Origin: Candidatus Marinacidobacterales bacterium
GTDB lineage: Bacteria; Acidobacteriota; Vicinamibacteria; Marinacidobacterales; DATDRI01
Direction of reading: 5' to 3'
Length of the DNA: 64,000 nt
Assembly: GCA_965226495.1 (NCBI GenBank)
Contig: OZ245365.1
Span: 2,720,001 to 2,784,000, forward strand
Shown: piece after piece, positions 9,881 through 20,330 of the stretch
Numbering within the stretch: position 1 is the first letter of the stretch
How the letters are laid out: each line of letters opens with the position of its first letter
Position numbers and translations under genes: made by a program
Notes under the pieces: generated by a model
Told to the model about the DNA's origin: nothing
What the model saw: the letters and a program-made list of their open reading frames with translations, nothing else
The model's database searches: none

Positions 9881-11767
9881 TTAGAAGGATAGCCGGAGGT
9901 CCACCCCGCCGTGCACCAGTCGCGGCGCTCCAATGGTTTCGGTCGGAGTGCGACCGACCGGATAGATTCGATCGAAGACGTTCTCCACCGCCACGAACAA
10001 ACCAACCTTCTCGTTCAGAACTCTCTGAACCCAAAGATCGAGCACCGCGAACCCTTCTAACGGCAGTTGGTTTCGATCGTCTTCGAACTGCTCGCTGACG
10101 AAGCGCAACTCCGCCGACGCCTGAATCGGACCCTGGTATCCGATACCCATTGAGGCTTGATTCAGGGGTACCTGTGGAACTCGCAAACCGGTATCGTCGA
10201 CTCGGGATTCGGAGTATAGATACGCGGCCCAAACATCCCACGCTCTCCCCCAACGATAGGACACCTCGGCTTCGACACCTTTAGCGGTGATACTCCCAAG
10301 GTTTTGCCTCTGTCGGAGGATGAGGGAAGGTGTCACCGAGAGCGTCACGTTGGCGACGGGATCTCGAAGCGAGTTCCAGAAACCGTTCAGCCGAACCAGG
10401 AGCGATCGATGAGGATGGAAGTCGACGCCGGCTTCGATTCCCCATAGGTGCTCCTCCTCCAAATCTGGATTCGCTTCGGTTCGAATGTTGCCCACACGAA
10501 AGGGTCGGTAGAGCTCGTTGAGGGACGGCGCGCGAAAACCTCGATAAACGGAGCTCCGAACCGTCACCGCATCGGAGGCCCGAAAGAGTACGCCGGCACG
10601 AGGATTGAAGCTCGTCTGGGTCGTTTGGTTCTCCCATACGTCGAGACGTGCACCGAGAAGGACATCGAATTTCGGGTGAAGCGTGAAGAGGTCTTGGATA
10701 AAGACACCCGCGAGGTTCTGATTCTGCTCCTCCCAACTGACGTATCTCCAGTCGGCCCCTAATAGAAGTCCGTGGCCTGGGCGATACGTGAACGCGCCGC
10801 CTAAACCGAGCGACGGAAAATGCTGCACGGCCGTTGGAAACTCTGCGGAGCGATCGGGAAGAATCCGTGAGAAGCTGCTGTTGAGCTCACCGTTCTGCGA
10901 GTAAAAGTCAAGGCTCCATGATTCCTCGTGAACGCCGGTCTCGAAGAGAAAAATTCGAGAATCGTTGCGCTGGATGGGCGTTCCGTTTCGCCGTTCCTCA
11001 TCGTAGAAGTTGAACCCCGCGTAGAATTTCTTGTACTGGACTCGACCAAGAAACGATCGGAAGTCCACGCCGGCCGGTTCGTCCACCGCACCTCGATCTT
11101 CCTCTGCGACCTGGATGTATCCGTCGGTCCCGAAGACGCGTCCGGACGCCAGGTAGCTCCAATCCTCTCCTCGATCGGACACCAGTGCGTCGACCTCATA
11201 GGTCTGCCGGCTGCCGATTTGCGCCCTCAGCTCGAGCGTATCCGACTCGGCGGGACGCGTGGAAAGTTGGATCGTCCCTCCGAGAGCCGAGCTTCCATAG
11301 AGCTGGCTCGTGGCGCCGCGCGATACTTCCACCGCCCCCAGGGAGAGCCGAGGCAGTCGATTCCAATAGATCCAGTTCCCGAACGGGTCATTGAGTGGAA
11401 CGCCATCCCAGAGAACCAGGCTGCGACTTGCCCCGCTGGGCCCGATACCGCGCAGCGAAACGCCTTGCGTCGTAGGGTGCGCGACCAAGCTGCTCGATCT
11501 TCGAAATAGACTGAAACCCGGAACCCGTCGCAGGTGGTTGTCGAGAACAAGTGTCGGAGACTCCAGGAGATCTTCGTGGGAGAACGCGGTCACCATCGCG
11601 ATCGCATCGCCGAGCGGCTGTTTTGTTCTTGCCGCGGTGACTACTACGACTTCGTGGTATCCCTCGACCTTTTCTTCTTCCTGCTCGGGAGGCTTCTCAT
11701 CTGAGGCGGGTTGCTGTGTCGATGACTGAGCCATCCAAAGAGGAAGCAAAAACAAAAGAAGCGACAA
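9881..11767 (-). CDS. TonB-dependent receptor
   Basis: TonB box EVVVVTAAR, plug VSLRGIG...LWDGVPLND, GFRAPSL.ELY, NPDL.EE, VENVFD, terminal Phe. Confidence 0.93.
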   Translation of the reverse strand: MSLLLFLLPLWMAQSSTQQPASDEKPPEQEEEKVEGYHEVVVVTAARTKQPLGDAIAMVTAFSHEDLLESPTLVLDNHLRRVPGFSLFRRSSSLVAHPTTQGVSLRGIGPSGASRSLVLWDGVPLNDPFGNWIYWNRLPRLSLGAVEVSRGATSQLYGSSALGGTIQLSTRPAESDTLELRAQIGSRQTYEVDALVSDRGEDWSYLASGRVFGTDGYIQVAEEDRGAVDEPAGVDFRSFLGRVQYKKFYAGFNFYDEERRNGTPIQRNDSRIFLFETGVHEESWSLDFYSQNGELNSSFSRILPDRSAEFPTAVQHFPSLGLGGAFTYRPGHGLLLGADWRYVSWEEQNQNLAGVFIQDLFTLHPKFDVLLGARLDVWENQTTQTSFNPRAGVLFRASDAVTVRSSVYRGFRAPSLNELYRPFRVGNIRTEANPDLEEEHLWGIEAGVDFHPHRSLLVRLNGFWNSLRDPVANVTLSVTPSLILRQRQNLGSITAKGVEAEVSYRWGRAWDVWAAYLYSESRVDDTGLRVPQVPLNQASMGIGYQGPIQASAELRFVSEQFEDDRNQLPLEGFAVLDLWVQRVLNEKVGLFVAVENVFDRIYPVGRTPTETIGAPRLVHGGVDLRLSF

Positions 11768-11780
11768 TGCCGGCGCCTAT

Positions 11781-12386
11781 CTATGACGGATCGAATGATT
11801 GACCCCAGTTACCCGAGAACACGAACTCCGTGACGGCGCGCCTCGTTCTAGGGGCACGGTCGCGTTCGGCCAACTTTTCGTCTCCAGCCTCCGGCTTACC
11901 TCGGTATCCGATCGCGATTCCCGTCAGAACTTGGAAGTTCGCAGGGATGTTGTAGAGCTCGATGGCACGATCGGGGAGTACTCCGGCCATCTGATGCACC
12001 GACAGCCCACGCTTGGTCGCTTCGACCAAGAGAGTCCCGGTGGCGAGTCCGAGGTCGTGTTGCGCCGTACCATTTGGTTTACTGTTTCGGTCGAATAGAA
12101 GACCCACTACACCGAGGGCTAGCACCGGTGCGTTTTTGGCCCACGCCTGATTCCCTTCCAAGAGACACGACAGGAGTCTCCCGTACTCTTCGGGATGCTC
12201 TTTGCTGGCCACGATGTACCGCCAGGGTTGCTCGTTGAAGGAGGAGGGGGCCCACCTCGCCGCTTCGAACAGTGCTGCCACATCCACGGCTGCGACCGGG
12301 CGCGAATCGAAAACATAGGGACTCCATCGATCGGCAATCAGATCGACAATGGGGTAATCCGGTTGCGCACGCTTGATTTCCGTCAC
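11781..12386 (-). CDS. Nitroreductase family protein
   Basis: RWSPYVF, EAARWAPSSFNEQPWRY, HQMAG, IAIGY. Confidence 0.92.
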   Translation of the reverse strand: MTEIKRAQPDYPIVDLIADRWSPYVFDSRPVAAVDVAALFEAARWAPSSFNEQPWRYIVASKEHPEEYGRLLSCLLEGNQAWAKNAPVLALGVVGLLFDRNSKPNGTAQHDLGLATGTLLVEATKRGLSVHQMAGVLPDRAIELYNIPANFQVLTGIAIGYRGKPEAGDEKLAERDRAPRTRRAVTEFVFSGNWGQSFDPS

Positions 12387-12455
12387 GTTTCCTCCATTCT
12401 ACAGACTACGGAATCGCGGAGGGACGGCCGCGACCGGGCTTTCTCGGGCCATGGA

Positions 12456-12489
12456 AGCAGGCGAAGTGACGGCTGCCACTTCGCCTGCT
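12456..12489 (-). terminator. Perfect 13-bp hairpin downstream of the sulfatase (possible terminator or stabiliser)
   Basis: agcaggcgaagtg / cacttcgcctgct; U-tract weak. Confidence 0.45.
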
Positions 12490-12503
12490 GATCCAAGGTT
12501 ATC

Positions 12504-14034
12504 CTAGTTAGACGGAGGCGCCAACTTTTCTATCACCTGATCGATGGTGAAGCTCGCCGGCTTCTGCCGTGGAGGAAACTCCTGAAACGTTTGCAGAAAC
12601 TTGGCCACATATGCCTGCGCCGGCACCATCACGAACATGTGATCGATGAAGAACTTCGTGTAGAAGTCGGATTCATGATCGGCCTTTTCGAACGGATCGC
12701 GACGGAGGTTGAAGAGTCGCGGTACGCGCAGTGTCGTGTACGGGCGCACCCACACCTCAAAACCGTGAGCCTCTTGGATGCTAAACATCACCTTCCAGTC
12801 GTGGTAGCGAAAAGCCGATAGCGACCCGTCGTCGGTAAAGTAGAAGAACTCCCTAGGGCCCTCGGACGCTTGTCCGGTCATGTAAGGAAGGAAGTTATAG
12901 CCATTCGAGGTGAACCTTGAAGGTCTTGCCGCCTGCGGTATGCCCCTTGAGCAGCTTCTCCTTGATGTTTGGGTCCCCTCCAGCTGCCACGAGAGTCGGC
13001 ATCCAATCCATCATGGCTATGATTTCGTTCGAGACGGAGCCTGCCTTAATTTTCCCCGGCCAGCGAACCATCATCGGAACGCGGAAACCACCTTCCCACG
13101 TGGTGTTCTTTTCGCCGCGGAACGGAATCATCCCGCCATCCGGCCAGCTCATGACTTCGGCTCCGTTGTCGGTGGCGTACATGACGATGGTGTTGTCGGT
13201 GATCCCCAGGTCGTCGAGCTTGTCGAGTAGCTGGCCCACGTGGCCATCGTGTTCGACCATGCCGTCTGCATAGATACCCTGACCTGTCACACCCTCGGAT
13301 TCGGCCTTGAGGTGCGTCCAGATGTGCATCCGCGTCGAGTTGAACCAAAGAAAGAAGGGCTTGTCCTGTCCGTGCGTCTGATCCATGAAACCGAGCGCCG
13401 CGGTTAGGAACTCCTCATCGACGGTCTCCATGCGTTTCTTAGTCAGCGGGCCGGTGTCTTCGATGCGTCCGTCGGCATAGCTGTGGATGACGCCCCGTGG
13501 ACCGAACTTCTTGTGGAACTCGGGGTCCTTGGGATAGTCCGGAAGCTCCGGCTCTTCCTCGGCGTTCAGGTGGTAAAGGTTGCCGAAGAACTCGTCGAAG
13601 CCGTGGTTCGTCGGCAGGTGCTCATCCAGATCGCCCAAGTGGTTCTTACCGAACTGGCCTGTGGCATAGCCTAACGGCTTCAACATCTCGGCGATGGTGG
13701 GATCCTCGGCCTGTAGGCCGAGATCGGCTCCGGGAAGTCCGACCTTCAGTAGACCGGTGCGCAACCCGCTCTGACCGGTGATGAACGAGGACCGCCCGGC
13801 AGTGCAGCTATTCTCGCCATAGGCGTCGGTGAAGATCATCCCCTCGTCGGCGATGCGGTCGATATTGGGGGTCTTGTAGCCCATAACGCCCATGTTGTAG
13901 GCGCTGACGTTGTACTGACCGATGTCATCACCCCAGATAATTAGAATATTGGGCTTGTCCTGGGCCGTTGCAGTGGCCGAGGTGAGGACCATGGGAAACG
14001 CGAGCGCCAGAAGAGCTAACCTTCGGATAATCAA
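12504..14034 (-). pseudogene. Arylsulfatase (formylglycine-dependent) split by a +1 frameshift near 12905
   Basis: KPNILIIWGDDIG, CTAGR (CxxxR), GKNHLG, TDNG, GEKNTTWEGGFRVP; removing one A turns VHLEWL* into VHLDGYNFLPYM and joins ORF 12504..12881. Start TTG 14034 after AGGAGA. Confidence 0.85.
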
Positions 14035-14205
14035 TATGTTTCTCCTTTTGTATGGAAGGAACCTTTTCAAACGTGCGATCATAGCCAAGTTTGAGGCCTC
14101 CCCACAACCCGTAAAAATACGGAGTCCCAGGTGAGAAATTTCCCGAGATCCCTTCCACCGACGCATCAAATTGCGCTATAACGGCGTGACCGGAGGCAAC
14201 AAATC

Positions 14206-14835
14206 ATGTCGAAGCCCGTAATCGAAGCGAAACCGAATGGACCCTATGTCGTAAGCGATCCTCCTACGGTCAAGAACTCGAAAGGCGAGGAAATCTCGAC
14301 CAAGCCGGTCACGGCGTTTTGCCGCTGTGGTCGCTCGGACAACAAGCCGTATTGTGACGGAACCCATGCCAAGGTCGGCTTCGATGCGTCGAGACAGACC
14401 GACGGCAGCGCCGATAAGCAAGACCACTACAAACGCGACGCCGTGACCATCAACGATAATCGTGGTGTGTGTGCGCACGCCGCTCGGTGTACCGAGGGCT
14501 TGAAGTCAGTGTTCAAGTACGGCGAAGAACCCTGGATCGATCCCAACGGTGCGGGCGCCGAAGAAATCAAGAAGCAGGTCGAAGCCTGTCCTTCCGGAGC
14601 TCTGAGCTACACGATGGACGGCGCCGAGCACGACGATTTCGGACGTGAGCCGTCGATCTATATCGCCAAGAACGGTCCCTATGCCGTAGCCGGAGGTGTG
14701 GAACTAAAGGACTCGATGGGTGGTCAATCGCCGCAGGCGAGCGAGCACTACACGCTTTGTCGCTGTGGGGGGTCGAAGAACAAGCCTTTTTGCGACGGAA
14801 CGCACTGGAAGGGCTTCAAAGACGACAAGAACTAG
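14206..14835 (+). CDS. CDGSH iron-sulfur protein (CDGSH / 4Fe-4S-like / CDGSH)
   Basis: CRCGRSDNKPYCDGTH, CAHAARC...CPSGAL, CRCGGSKNKPFCDGTH. Confidence 0.92.
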   Translation: MSKPVIEAKPNGPYVVSDPPTVKNSKGEEISTKPVTAFCRCGRSDNKPYCDGTHAKVGFDASRQTDGSADKQDHYKRDAVTINDNRGVCAHAARCTEGLKSVFKYGEEPWIDPNGAGAEEIKKQVEACPSGALSYTMDGAEHDDFGREPSIYIAKNGPYAVAGGVELKDSMGGQSPQASEHYTLCRCGGSKNKPFCDGTHWKGFKDDKN

Positions 14836-14922
14836 AGCAGCTCGTTCCGGACATCGGACTTGCGCTGTTTAGACGTCAAATGGACGGCTGCCATCCACCC
14901 GACGTGGCCAGGCGGCGTCGAT

Positions 14923-15201
14923 TCAGTAAGCAGAGCCCCGGTGCGCCGCCGCGGTCATGAACACGGTCCGCTCGCCATCATCAATTTCATAGAAGAATCG
15001 CCAGGCGCCAATGCGATACCGCCACGTGTCCGGCGTATAACCCTTGAGCTTGCGGATGTTCGGCCCGAAGCGGGGGTGTCGCCTCAACTGGGAATAAACA
15101 ACTTGTTGCAGCTTTCGAGCGACGGCGGGTTGTCCAGATTTCGAGAGCTCCTGCAGGTCCTTTCCAAATTGCTTGGTCTCGAATATGCGATACTCATTCA
15201 A
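14923..15201 (-). CDS. Type II TA toxin, RelE/ParE family
   Basis: 92 aa, IRKLKG...WRYRIGAWRFFYEIDD...AAAHRGSAY; overlaps the antitoxin end. Confidence 0.88.
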   Translation of the reverse strand: MNEYRIFETKQFGKDLQELSKSGQPAVARKLQQVVYSQLRRHPRFGPNIRKLKGYTPDTWRYRIGAWRFFYEIDDGERTVFMTAAAHRGSAY

Positions 15202-15436
15202 CGAATCGGCCTTGCCTCTTGCGGGCGTCGCGCGAACCCGCCTTTAGCCTCCCAACGAGCCTCTCGTTGCTGTTTATCTCGGCCATTTCCGCATCGTCGA
15301 CGAATTGCTCCTCGCGGATCTTGGCGAGAGCTGCGGTCTCAATGAGGTTGGAAAGCGGACGCCGCTCGGCCTCCGCGGCCTCGCGGAGCTCCTTGTATAC
15401 GGCCTCATCGAGACGAAGGGTAACCACTTTCGACAT
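15194..15436 (-). CDS. Antitoxin, ribbon-helix-helix (CopG-like)
   Basis: MSKVVTLRLDEAVYKELREAAEAERRPLSNLIE; directly upstream of the toxin. Confidence 0.85.
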   Translation of the reverse strand: MSKVVTLRLDEAVYKELREAAEAERRPLSNLIETAALAKIREEQFVDDAEMAEINSNERLVGRLKAGSRDARKRQGRFVE

Positions 15437-15445
15437 GATACCTCC

Positions 15446-15487
15446 TGTATTCTATTGTATTCTAATGTATTCAGACCGCGCTGTCAA
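15446..15487 (-). promoter_or_regulatory. sigma70 promoter of the TA operon with a triple direct-repeat operator
   Basis: TTGACA (15487-15482), 17 nt, TAGAAT (15464-15459); GAATACA three times at a 10-bp period; AGGAGG RBS follows. Confidence 0.8.
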
Positions 15488-15604
15488 ACACGGGGCGTAT
15501 ACGCGTTAGACAGCGGCGAGCTCGACGGTCAGGGGGGAGAGGTCTAGGAGCAATCGGCCACCGAGGCCTGAGCGGTCGTGCCAGTGAGCAGTTTGGTCAG
15601 GCGC

Positions 15605-16123
15605 TTATTCGATACCGAGGGCTTCCCGAACGTGCGCTTCGAGCTTCGGAGGAGTATTTACGGGATCGAACCCCACATGGGTACTGTGGAACTTGCCGTC
15701 GCGGTCGATGACGTACGAGGTCGGCATGGCATAAACCTGAAAGGCGTCATCCACTTGGGAGGTGCTGACTAGATTCGTGTAGCGGACTTTCTTCTCCTTT
15801 AAGAACCGATTCACCTCGTCAAGCGAAGGCATGCGGTCATCGACGTGCAGGCCGACGACCGCCAATCCCTTGTTGCGGTACTTGGCCGCCAAGCTCTCGA
15901 GAAAGGGCAGCGACTTCTTGCACGGGCCGCACCAGACCGCCCAGAAGTCCAAAAGGACGACCGACCCTTTGAAGTCGTCGAGCGATACCTTCTTCCCCTG
16001 GACGTTCTTCAAAGTAAAGTCGGGGGCCTGTTGACCACGCAGATCCTCCACGGAACCGGTGGGCTCCGAAAGAGAGAGTACCGCGACGGCAACAATCGCT
16101 ATCGACAGACGCCGTCTCATCAA
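15605..16123 (-). CDS. TlpA/ResA-like thiol-disulfide reductase
   Basis: Signal or anchor, APDFTL, LDFWAVWCGPC, MPTSYVIDRDG. Confidence 0.92.
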   Translation of the reverse strand: MMRRRLSIAIVAVAVLSLSEPTGSVEDLRGQQAPDFTLKNVQGKKVSLDDFKGSVVLLDFWAVWCGPCKKSLPFLESLAAKYRNKGLAVVGLHVDDRMPSLDEVNRFLKEKKVRYTNLVSTSQVDDAFQVYAMPTSYVIDRDGKFHSTHVGFDPVNTPPKLEAHVREALGIE

Positions 16124-17136
16124 GTGGTTGCCTCAGAGACCCTCGCCGACGCCTCGCTCACACCAAGTGACTCCTGCTCGGCGAGCCACCGCTCCGAATC
16201 GATCGCTGCCATGCATCCCGTGCCTGCCGCTGTCACCGCCTGTCGGTAGGTCGGATCCATGGCGTCGCCACAAGCAAAGACGCCTTCCAACGAAGTGCGC
16301 GTGGTGCCCGGGGTGACTTTAATGTAACCGACGTCGTCGAGCTCCACCGCTCCGCGCAAGAGGTCGGTGTTCGGTTTGTGACCGATAGCCACGAAGAGCG
16401 CTCCCACTGCAAGCTCCGATTCCACGCTCGTCTTGAGGTTTTTGATGCGCAATCCGGTGACCTCATCTCCGCCCAAAACTTCGGTCACGACGCTATCCCA
16501 AAGAAACTCGACCTTCTCATTGCTCTTGCCGCGTTCCTGCATGATCTTCGACGCTCGAAGCTGGTCACGACGATGAATGACCGTCACCTTCGTGGCGTAA
16601 CGGCTAAGGAACAGTGCCTCTTCCAACGCGGTGTCGCCTCCGCCGACCACCGCCATCTCTTTGTTCCGATAGAGCGCGCCGTCGCACGTGGCACAGGCAG
16701 AGACGCCTCGATTCTGAAGGCGCTCCTCGGATTCGAGACCCAACCACTTGGCCGTCGCTCCAGTGGCGATGATGAGTGCGTCGCAAGTGAATGTCCCCTC
16801 TCCGCTCTCTACGCGAAAAGGCCTGCTTGAGACGTCACACGATGTCGCGTCGGTGTACAAGACTTCGGTGCCGAAACGCTCGGCTTGCTTGCGAAAGTGG
16901 TCCATCATGTCTGGACCGGTAACCCCGTCCGGAAAGCCGGGGTAGTTTTCCACGTCGGTCGTTAACATCAGCTGGCCGCCGGGAATGCCTATTTCTTTGT
17001 CCATCCCCGAGCCCGCGAGCATTACCGGTTTGAGGTCGGCTCGCGAGGCGTAGATCGCCGCCGTATAACCCCCGGGACCACTGCCCACGATCAAGACACG
17101 CACGTGCCTCGCTTCCTTGGAACCCTGCTCGCTCAT
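16120..17136 (-). CDS. trxB: Thioredoxin-disulfide reductase
   Basis: GSGPGG, GGQL..TTDVENYPG, SACATCDG, GGGDTA, RQAVTAAGTGC. Confidence 0.97.
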   Translation of the reverse strand: MSEQGSKEARHVRVLIVGSGPGGYTAAIYASRADLKPVMLAGSGMDKEIGIPGGQLMLTTDVENYPGFPDGVTGPDMMDHFRKQAERFGTEVLYTDATSCDVSSRPFRVESGEGTFTCDALIIATGATAKWLGLESEERLQNRGVSACATCDGALYRNKEMAVVGGGDTALEEALFLSRYATKVTVIHRRDQLRASKIMQERGKSNEKVEFLWDSVVTEVLGGDEVTGLRIKNLKTSVESELAVGALFVAIGHKPNTDLLRGAVELDDVGYIKVTPGTTRTSLEGVFACGDAMDPTYRQAVTAAGTGCMAAIDSERWLAEQESLGVSEASARVSEATT

Positions 17137-17172
17137 GCTTTCCCTAGTTTCTCCCGTGCTGAAACACTGCGT

Positions 17173-17502
17173 CTAGGCCAAATGTTTGTCAATGAGCTTG
17201 GCAAGATTCTCCTTCGACGTGACACCAACCACTTGCTCGGCGACTTCGCCATTCTTGAAAATGAGCACGGTCGGAATGCCTTTGATCTGGTACTTGCCCG
17301 AGACAGAGTTGTTCTCGTCGACGTTCAACTTACCCACCTTGGCCTTGCCTTCGTACTCGGCGGCCAAAGCATCGATCGTAGGGGCCATCATGCGACACGG
17401 GGCGCACCATTCGGCCCAAAAGTCCACCAGGACGGGCGTGTCAGAACCCAAGACCTCGCTGTCCCATGTGCTGTCGGTAAAAGCGGCAACTTTGTCACTC
17501 AT
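17173..17502 (-). CDS. trxA: Thioredoxin
   Basis: VLVDFWAEWCAPCRM, GIPT, 109 aa. Confidence 0.96.
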   Translation of the reverse strand: MSDKVAAFTDSTWDSEVLGSDTPVLVDFWAEWCAPCRMMAPTIDALAAEYEGKAKVGKLNVDENNSVSGKYQIKGIPTVLIFKNGEVAEQVVGVTSKENLAKLIDKHLA

Positions 17503-17704
17503 CTTCTATATGTCCTCGTTCTAACTCGCTTGGAGCATCCAATAGTGGCGTACCTAACAAAGGATATCGCAAACGCCCGATACAAACGTGTGAACTGATT
17601 CACCGATGTGGTCTTTCGACTCGGACCCGGATCTTCTCAAGCTAACAAACAGCTCAAGCGAAGTCAACCCAGCGGGTACCGTACGGAAGTGCTATCCTCT
17701 TGAA

Positions 17705-18568
17705 ATGATAGGACCTAGCCGATCGCCTCGTCGCTTCCAAGCGAGCCATTCCCGAGGCCAAAGCTTCCTTCGAGACAAGGGCGTCGTCGAGCGTATCGTT
17801 GAGGCGATCGACCCGCACTCCGACCAGACGTTTCTGGAAATCGGCGCGGGTGCCGGGGAGCTCACCCTCCCCCTGGCGTCCCGGGGCGCCGCTCGAGTGC
17901 TCGCCATCGAAACCGACCGCATTCTTTTCGAGAAGCTTGCCTCGATGTTACAAAAGGATGGGAAATCGCCGGAGGTCGGAGAAGATGTCGAGCTCATCCA
18001 CGCCGACTTCCTCAAGCTCGATCTGCAGAAGTTGTTGTCAGAGCGTGGGATCGGGCGGGTGCGGGTAGTCGGAAACCTCCCCTTTTCGGTCGCCTCCCCC
18101 ATCCTGTTCAAGCTCCTTGCCCATCGAGAGCGGCTCGTCGACCTCACATTGATGTTTCAACTCGAGGTTGCCCAACGCCTGACCGCGGTGCCGGCAACGA
18201 AGGCCTACGGTTTCCTGACCGTCGTGGCCCAGCAGGCTGCGAAGACGGAGCTCCTATTCACGATCCCGCCCCATGCCTTCAAACCGCGGCCGAAAGTCCA
18301 CGCCGCCATCGTGAAGTTCGTGCCGCTCGGCAAGGATGAGTCGCCGGTTGGCGACTACGAAGTCTTTCGGACTGTCGTGCGTGGCCTTCTGACCCACCGC
18401 CGCAAGAATATCTCCAATAATATCAAATACTTGGGCTCTCAGCTCGTAAGTGCGTCCTCGATCCACAGCGGGCTCTCCGGAATGGGTATCGACCCAAGTC
18501 GACGGGCCGAAACCCTTTCAGTAGAAGAATTTGCCGCTCTCAGCCACTTTTGCGCTTCTCCGCAATAG
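17705..18568 (+). CDS. rsmA: 16S rRNA adenine dimethyltransferase RsmA/KsgA
   Basis: GQSFL, LEIGAGAGELT, GNLPF, MFQLEVAQRL, FKPRPKVH, RRAETLS; start uncertain. Confidence 0.93.
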   Translation: MIGPSRSPRRFQASHSRGQSFLRDKGVVERIVEAIDPHSDQTFLEIGAGAGELTLPLASRGAARVLAIETDRILFEKLASMLQKDGKSPEVGEDVELIHADFLKLDLQKLLSERGIGRVRVVGNLPFSVASPILFKLLAHRERLVDLTLMFQLEVAQRLTAVPATKAYGFLTVVAQQAAKTELLFTIPPHAFKPRPKVHAAIVKFVPLGKDESPVGDYEVFRTVVRGLLTHRRKNISNNIKYLGSQLVSASSIHSGLSGMGIDPSRRAETLSVEEFAALSHFCASPQ

Positions 18569-18661
18569 GATGTTCTGCTAGTATTGAAGTGGTTTCTTAG
18601 CTCCAAGCGGCTAACTCCTTATCACCAAATGGTGTGCTGGGTTACCCTCAGGTGACGATCC

Positions 18662-20329
18662 GTGACTGAATCTGTGCGCCCTCCACTAGAAATCGTCCCC
18701 CTCGGCGGGTTGGGCGAGTTCGGCCTCAACATGATGGTCATCGGCATCGGGGACACGTGTTTCGTGGTGGACGTCGGTGTGATGTTCCCGGACAGCGAAT
18801 TGCTGGGCGTGGACTTGGTCATTCCTGACATGTCGTACGTTTTCAAGAACAAAGACCGGATCAAAGCTATCTTCTTGACCCATGGGCATGAGGACCACAT
18901 CGGAGCGCTCCCCTACCTACTGAGAGAGATGCAAGTGCCGGTCTACGGCTCGCGGCTAACGCTAGGCATGTGCCGGCACCGGCTCGAGGAGCACAAGCTT
19001 GCGGATCGAGTTGAGCTCAACACCGTAGCGCCTGGCGAGAGCCGGACTATCGGGCCGTTTCAGATCAATTTCATACGCGTCTCGCACAGCTTGGCGGACA
19101 GTATGGCACTCGCCATCGAAACTCCGTACGGCCGCATTATTCACACCGGTGATTTCAAATTCGATCAGTCGCCGGTCGTCGGTGAACCCATCGATATGCA
19201 CCGCTTGGCCGCCTATGGAGAACAAGGCGTGATGGCGCTACTCTCCGACTCGACCAACGCCGAAGTGTCCGGGTATACCGGCTCGGAGAAAGACGTCACC
19301 GACGCCTTCCAAGAGATCATCAGCCGAACGGCTTTCCGCGTCTTCGTCGCATGCTTCACCTCGAGCACCCACCGGATCCAATTGGCCATCAACCTGGCCG
19401 CCAAGTACGGACGCAAAGTCGCGCTGCTGGGGCGGAGCATGTCGCAGAACGTGAACACCGCGATAGATCTCGGCTACTTGCGGGTACCGGGCGATCTTCT
19501 CATTCGCCCTGCCGACATCCCGAAGACACCCCGCAATAAACTTCTCGTCCTGACCGCCGGTAGCCAGGGCGAGCCTTTGTCGGCGCTTTCCCAAATCGCA
19601 ATCGATAACCACAAGCATGCGGCCATCGAACCCGGAGATGCGGTGATCCTTTCGGCACGCGTCATTCCCGGAAACGAGCGCGCGGTGTCTCGCGTGATTA
19701 ATCACTTGTACCGGCGGGGAGCGGAAATCGTCCAACCCTCGGCGGCCAAAGTGCACGTGTCTGGCCACGGAAGTGCCGAGGAACTCAAGCTCATGTTGAA
19801 CTTGGTGCGTCCACGCCACTTCATCCCGATTCACGGCGAGTGGCGCCAATTGGTTTCGCACGCGCGCATTGCCGAAGGCCTGGGCATTCCGCCCGAACGA
19901 ATTCACGTGGCCGAAGACGGGGACGTCATCGCCTTCGATGAGCAAGGGGGGCGCATTTCCCGCAAGGAGACAACGGGCCGAGTGTTCGTCGACGGAACGG
20001 GGCTCGGCGACGTCGGCGACATCGTCCTCCGGGATCGACAGCATCTATCTGAAGGAGGCATCGTCATTCCGGTAGTTTCCATCAACAAACAAAGCGGGCG
20101 CGTCGAGACCCCGCCCGAGATCATCACTCGCGGTTTTCTAGCAGGAGAAGATGACTCGCTCCTCGACGAGGTCAGAGATCTGGTCATCGCCACGGTGGAG
20201 GGGTCCCCCGTCGAAGAGGTCGCCGACTGGGGACTCATCAAGGACAAAATTCAAACCGAGCTCCGACGATTCTTCAGGAAACGCACGCAGCGTCGCCCGA
20301 TGATTCTCCCGGTTGTGATGGAGGGATAG
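18662..20329 (+). CDS. rnj: Ribonuclease J
   Basis: PLGGLGEFGLN, THGHEDHIG, HTGDFK, DSTN, GSQGEP, HVSGH, PIHGE. Confidence 0.97.
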   Translation: MTESVRPPLEIVPLGGLGEFGLNMMVIGIGDTCFVVDVGVMFPDSELLGVDLVIPDMSYVFKNKDRIKAIFLTHGHEDHIGALPYLLREMQVPVYGSRLTLGMCRHRLEEHKLADRVELNTVAPGESRTIGPFQINFIRVSHSLADSMALAIETPYGRIIHTGDFKFDQSPVVGEPIDMHRLAAYGEQGVMALLSDSTNAEVSGYTGSEKDVTDAFQEIISRTAFRVFVACFTSSTHRIQLAINLAAKYGRKVALLGRSMSQNVNTAIDLGYLRVPGDLLIRPADIPKTPRNKLLVLTAGSQGEPLSALSQIAIDNHKHAAIEPGDAVILSARVIPGNERAVSRVINHLYRRGAEIVQPSAAKVHVSGHGSAEELKLMLNLVRPRHFIPIHGEWRQLVSHARIAEGLGIPPERIHVAEDGDVIAFDEQGGRISRKETTGRVFVDGTGLGDVGDIVLRDRQHLSEGGIVIPVVSINKQSGRVETPPEIITRGFLAGEDDSLLDEVRDLVIATVEGSPVEEVADWGLIKDKIQTELRRFFRKRTQRRPMILPVVMEG

Positions 20330-20330
20330 A

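Noticed and set aside
12895-12910. Programmed ribosomal frameshift in the sulfatase
   Set aside because: No slippery heptamer or stimulatory structure; a single extra base explains it.
17173-17502. WCAPC thioredoxin active site as a novelty
   Set aside because: A common natural variant of WCGPC.
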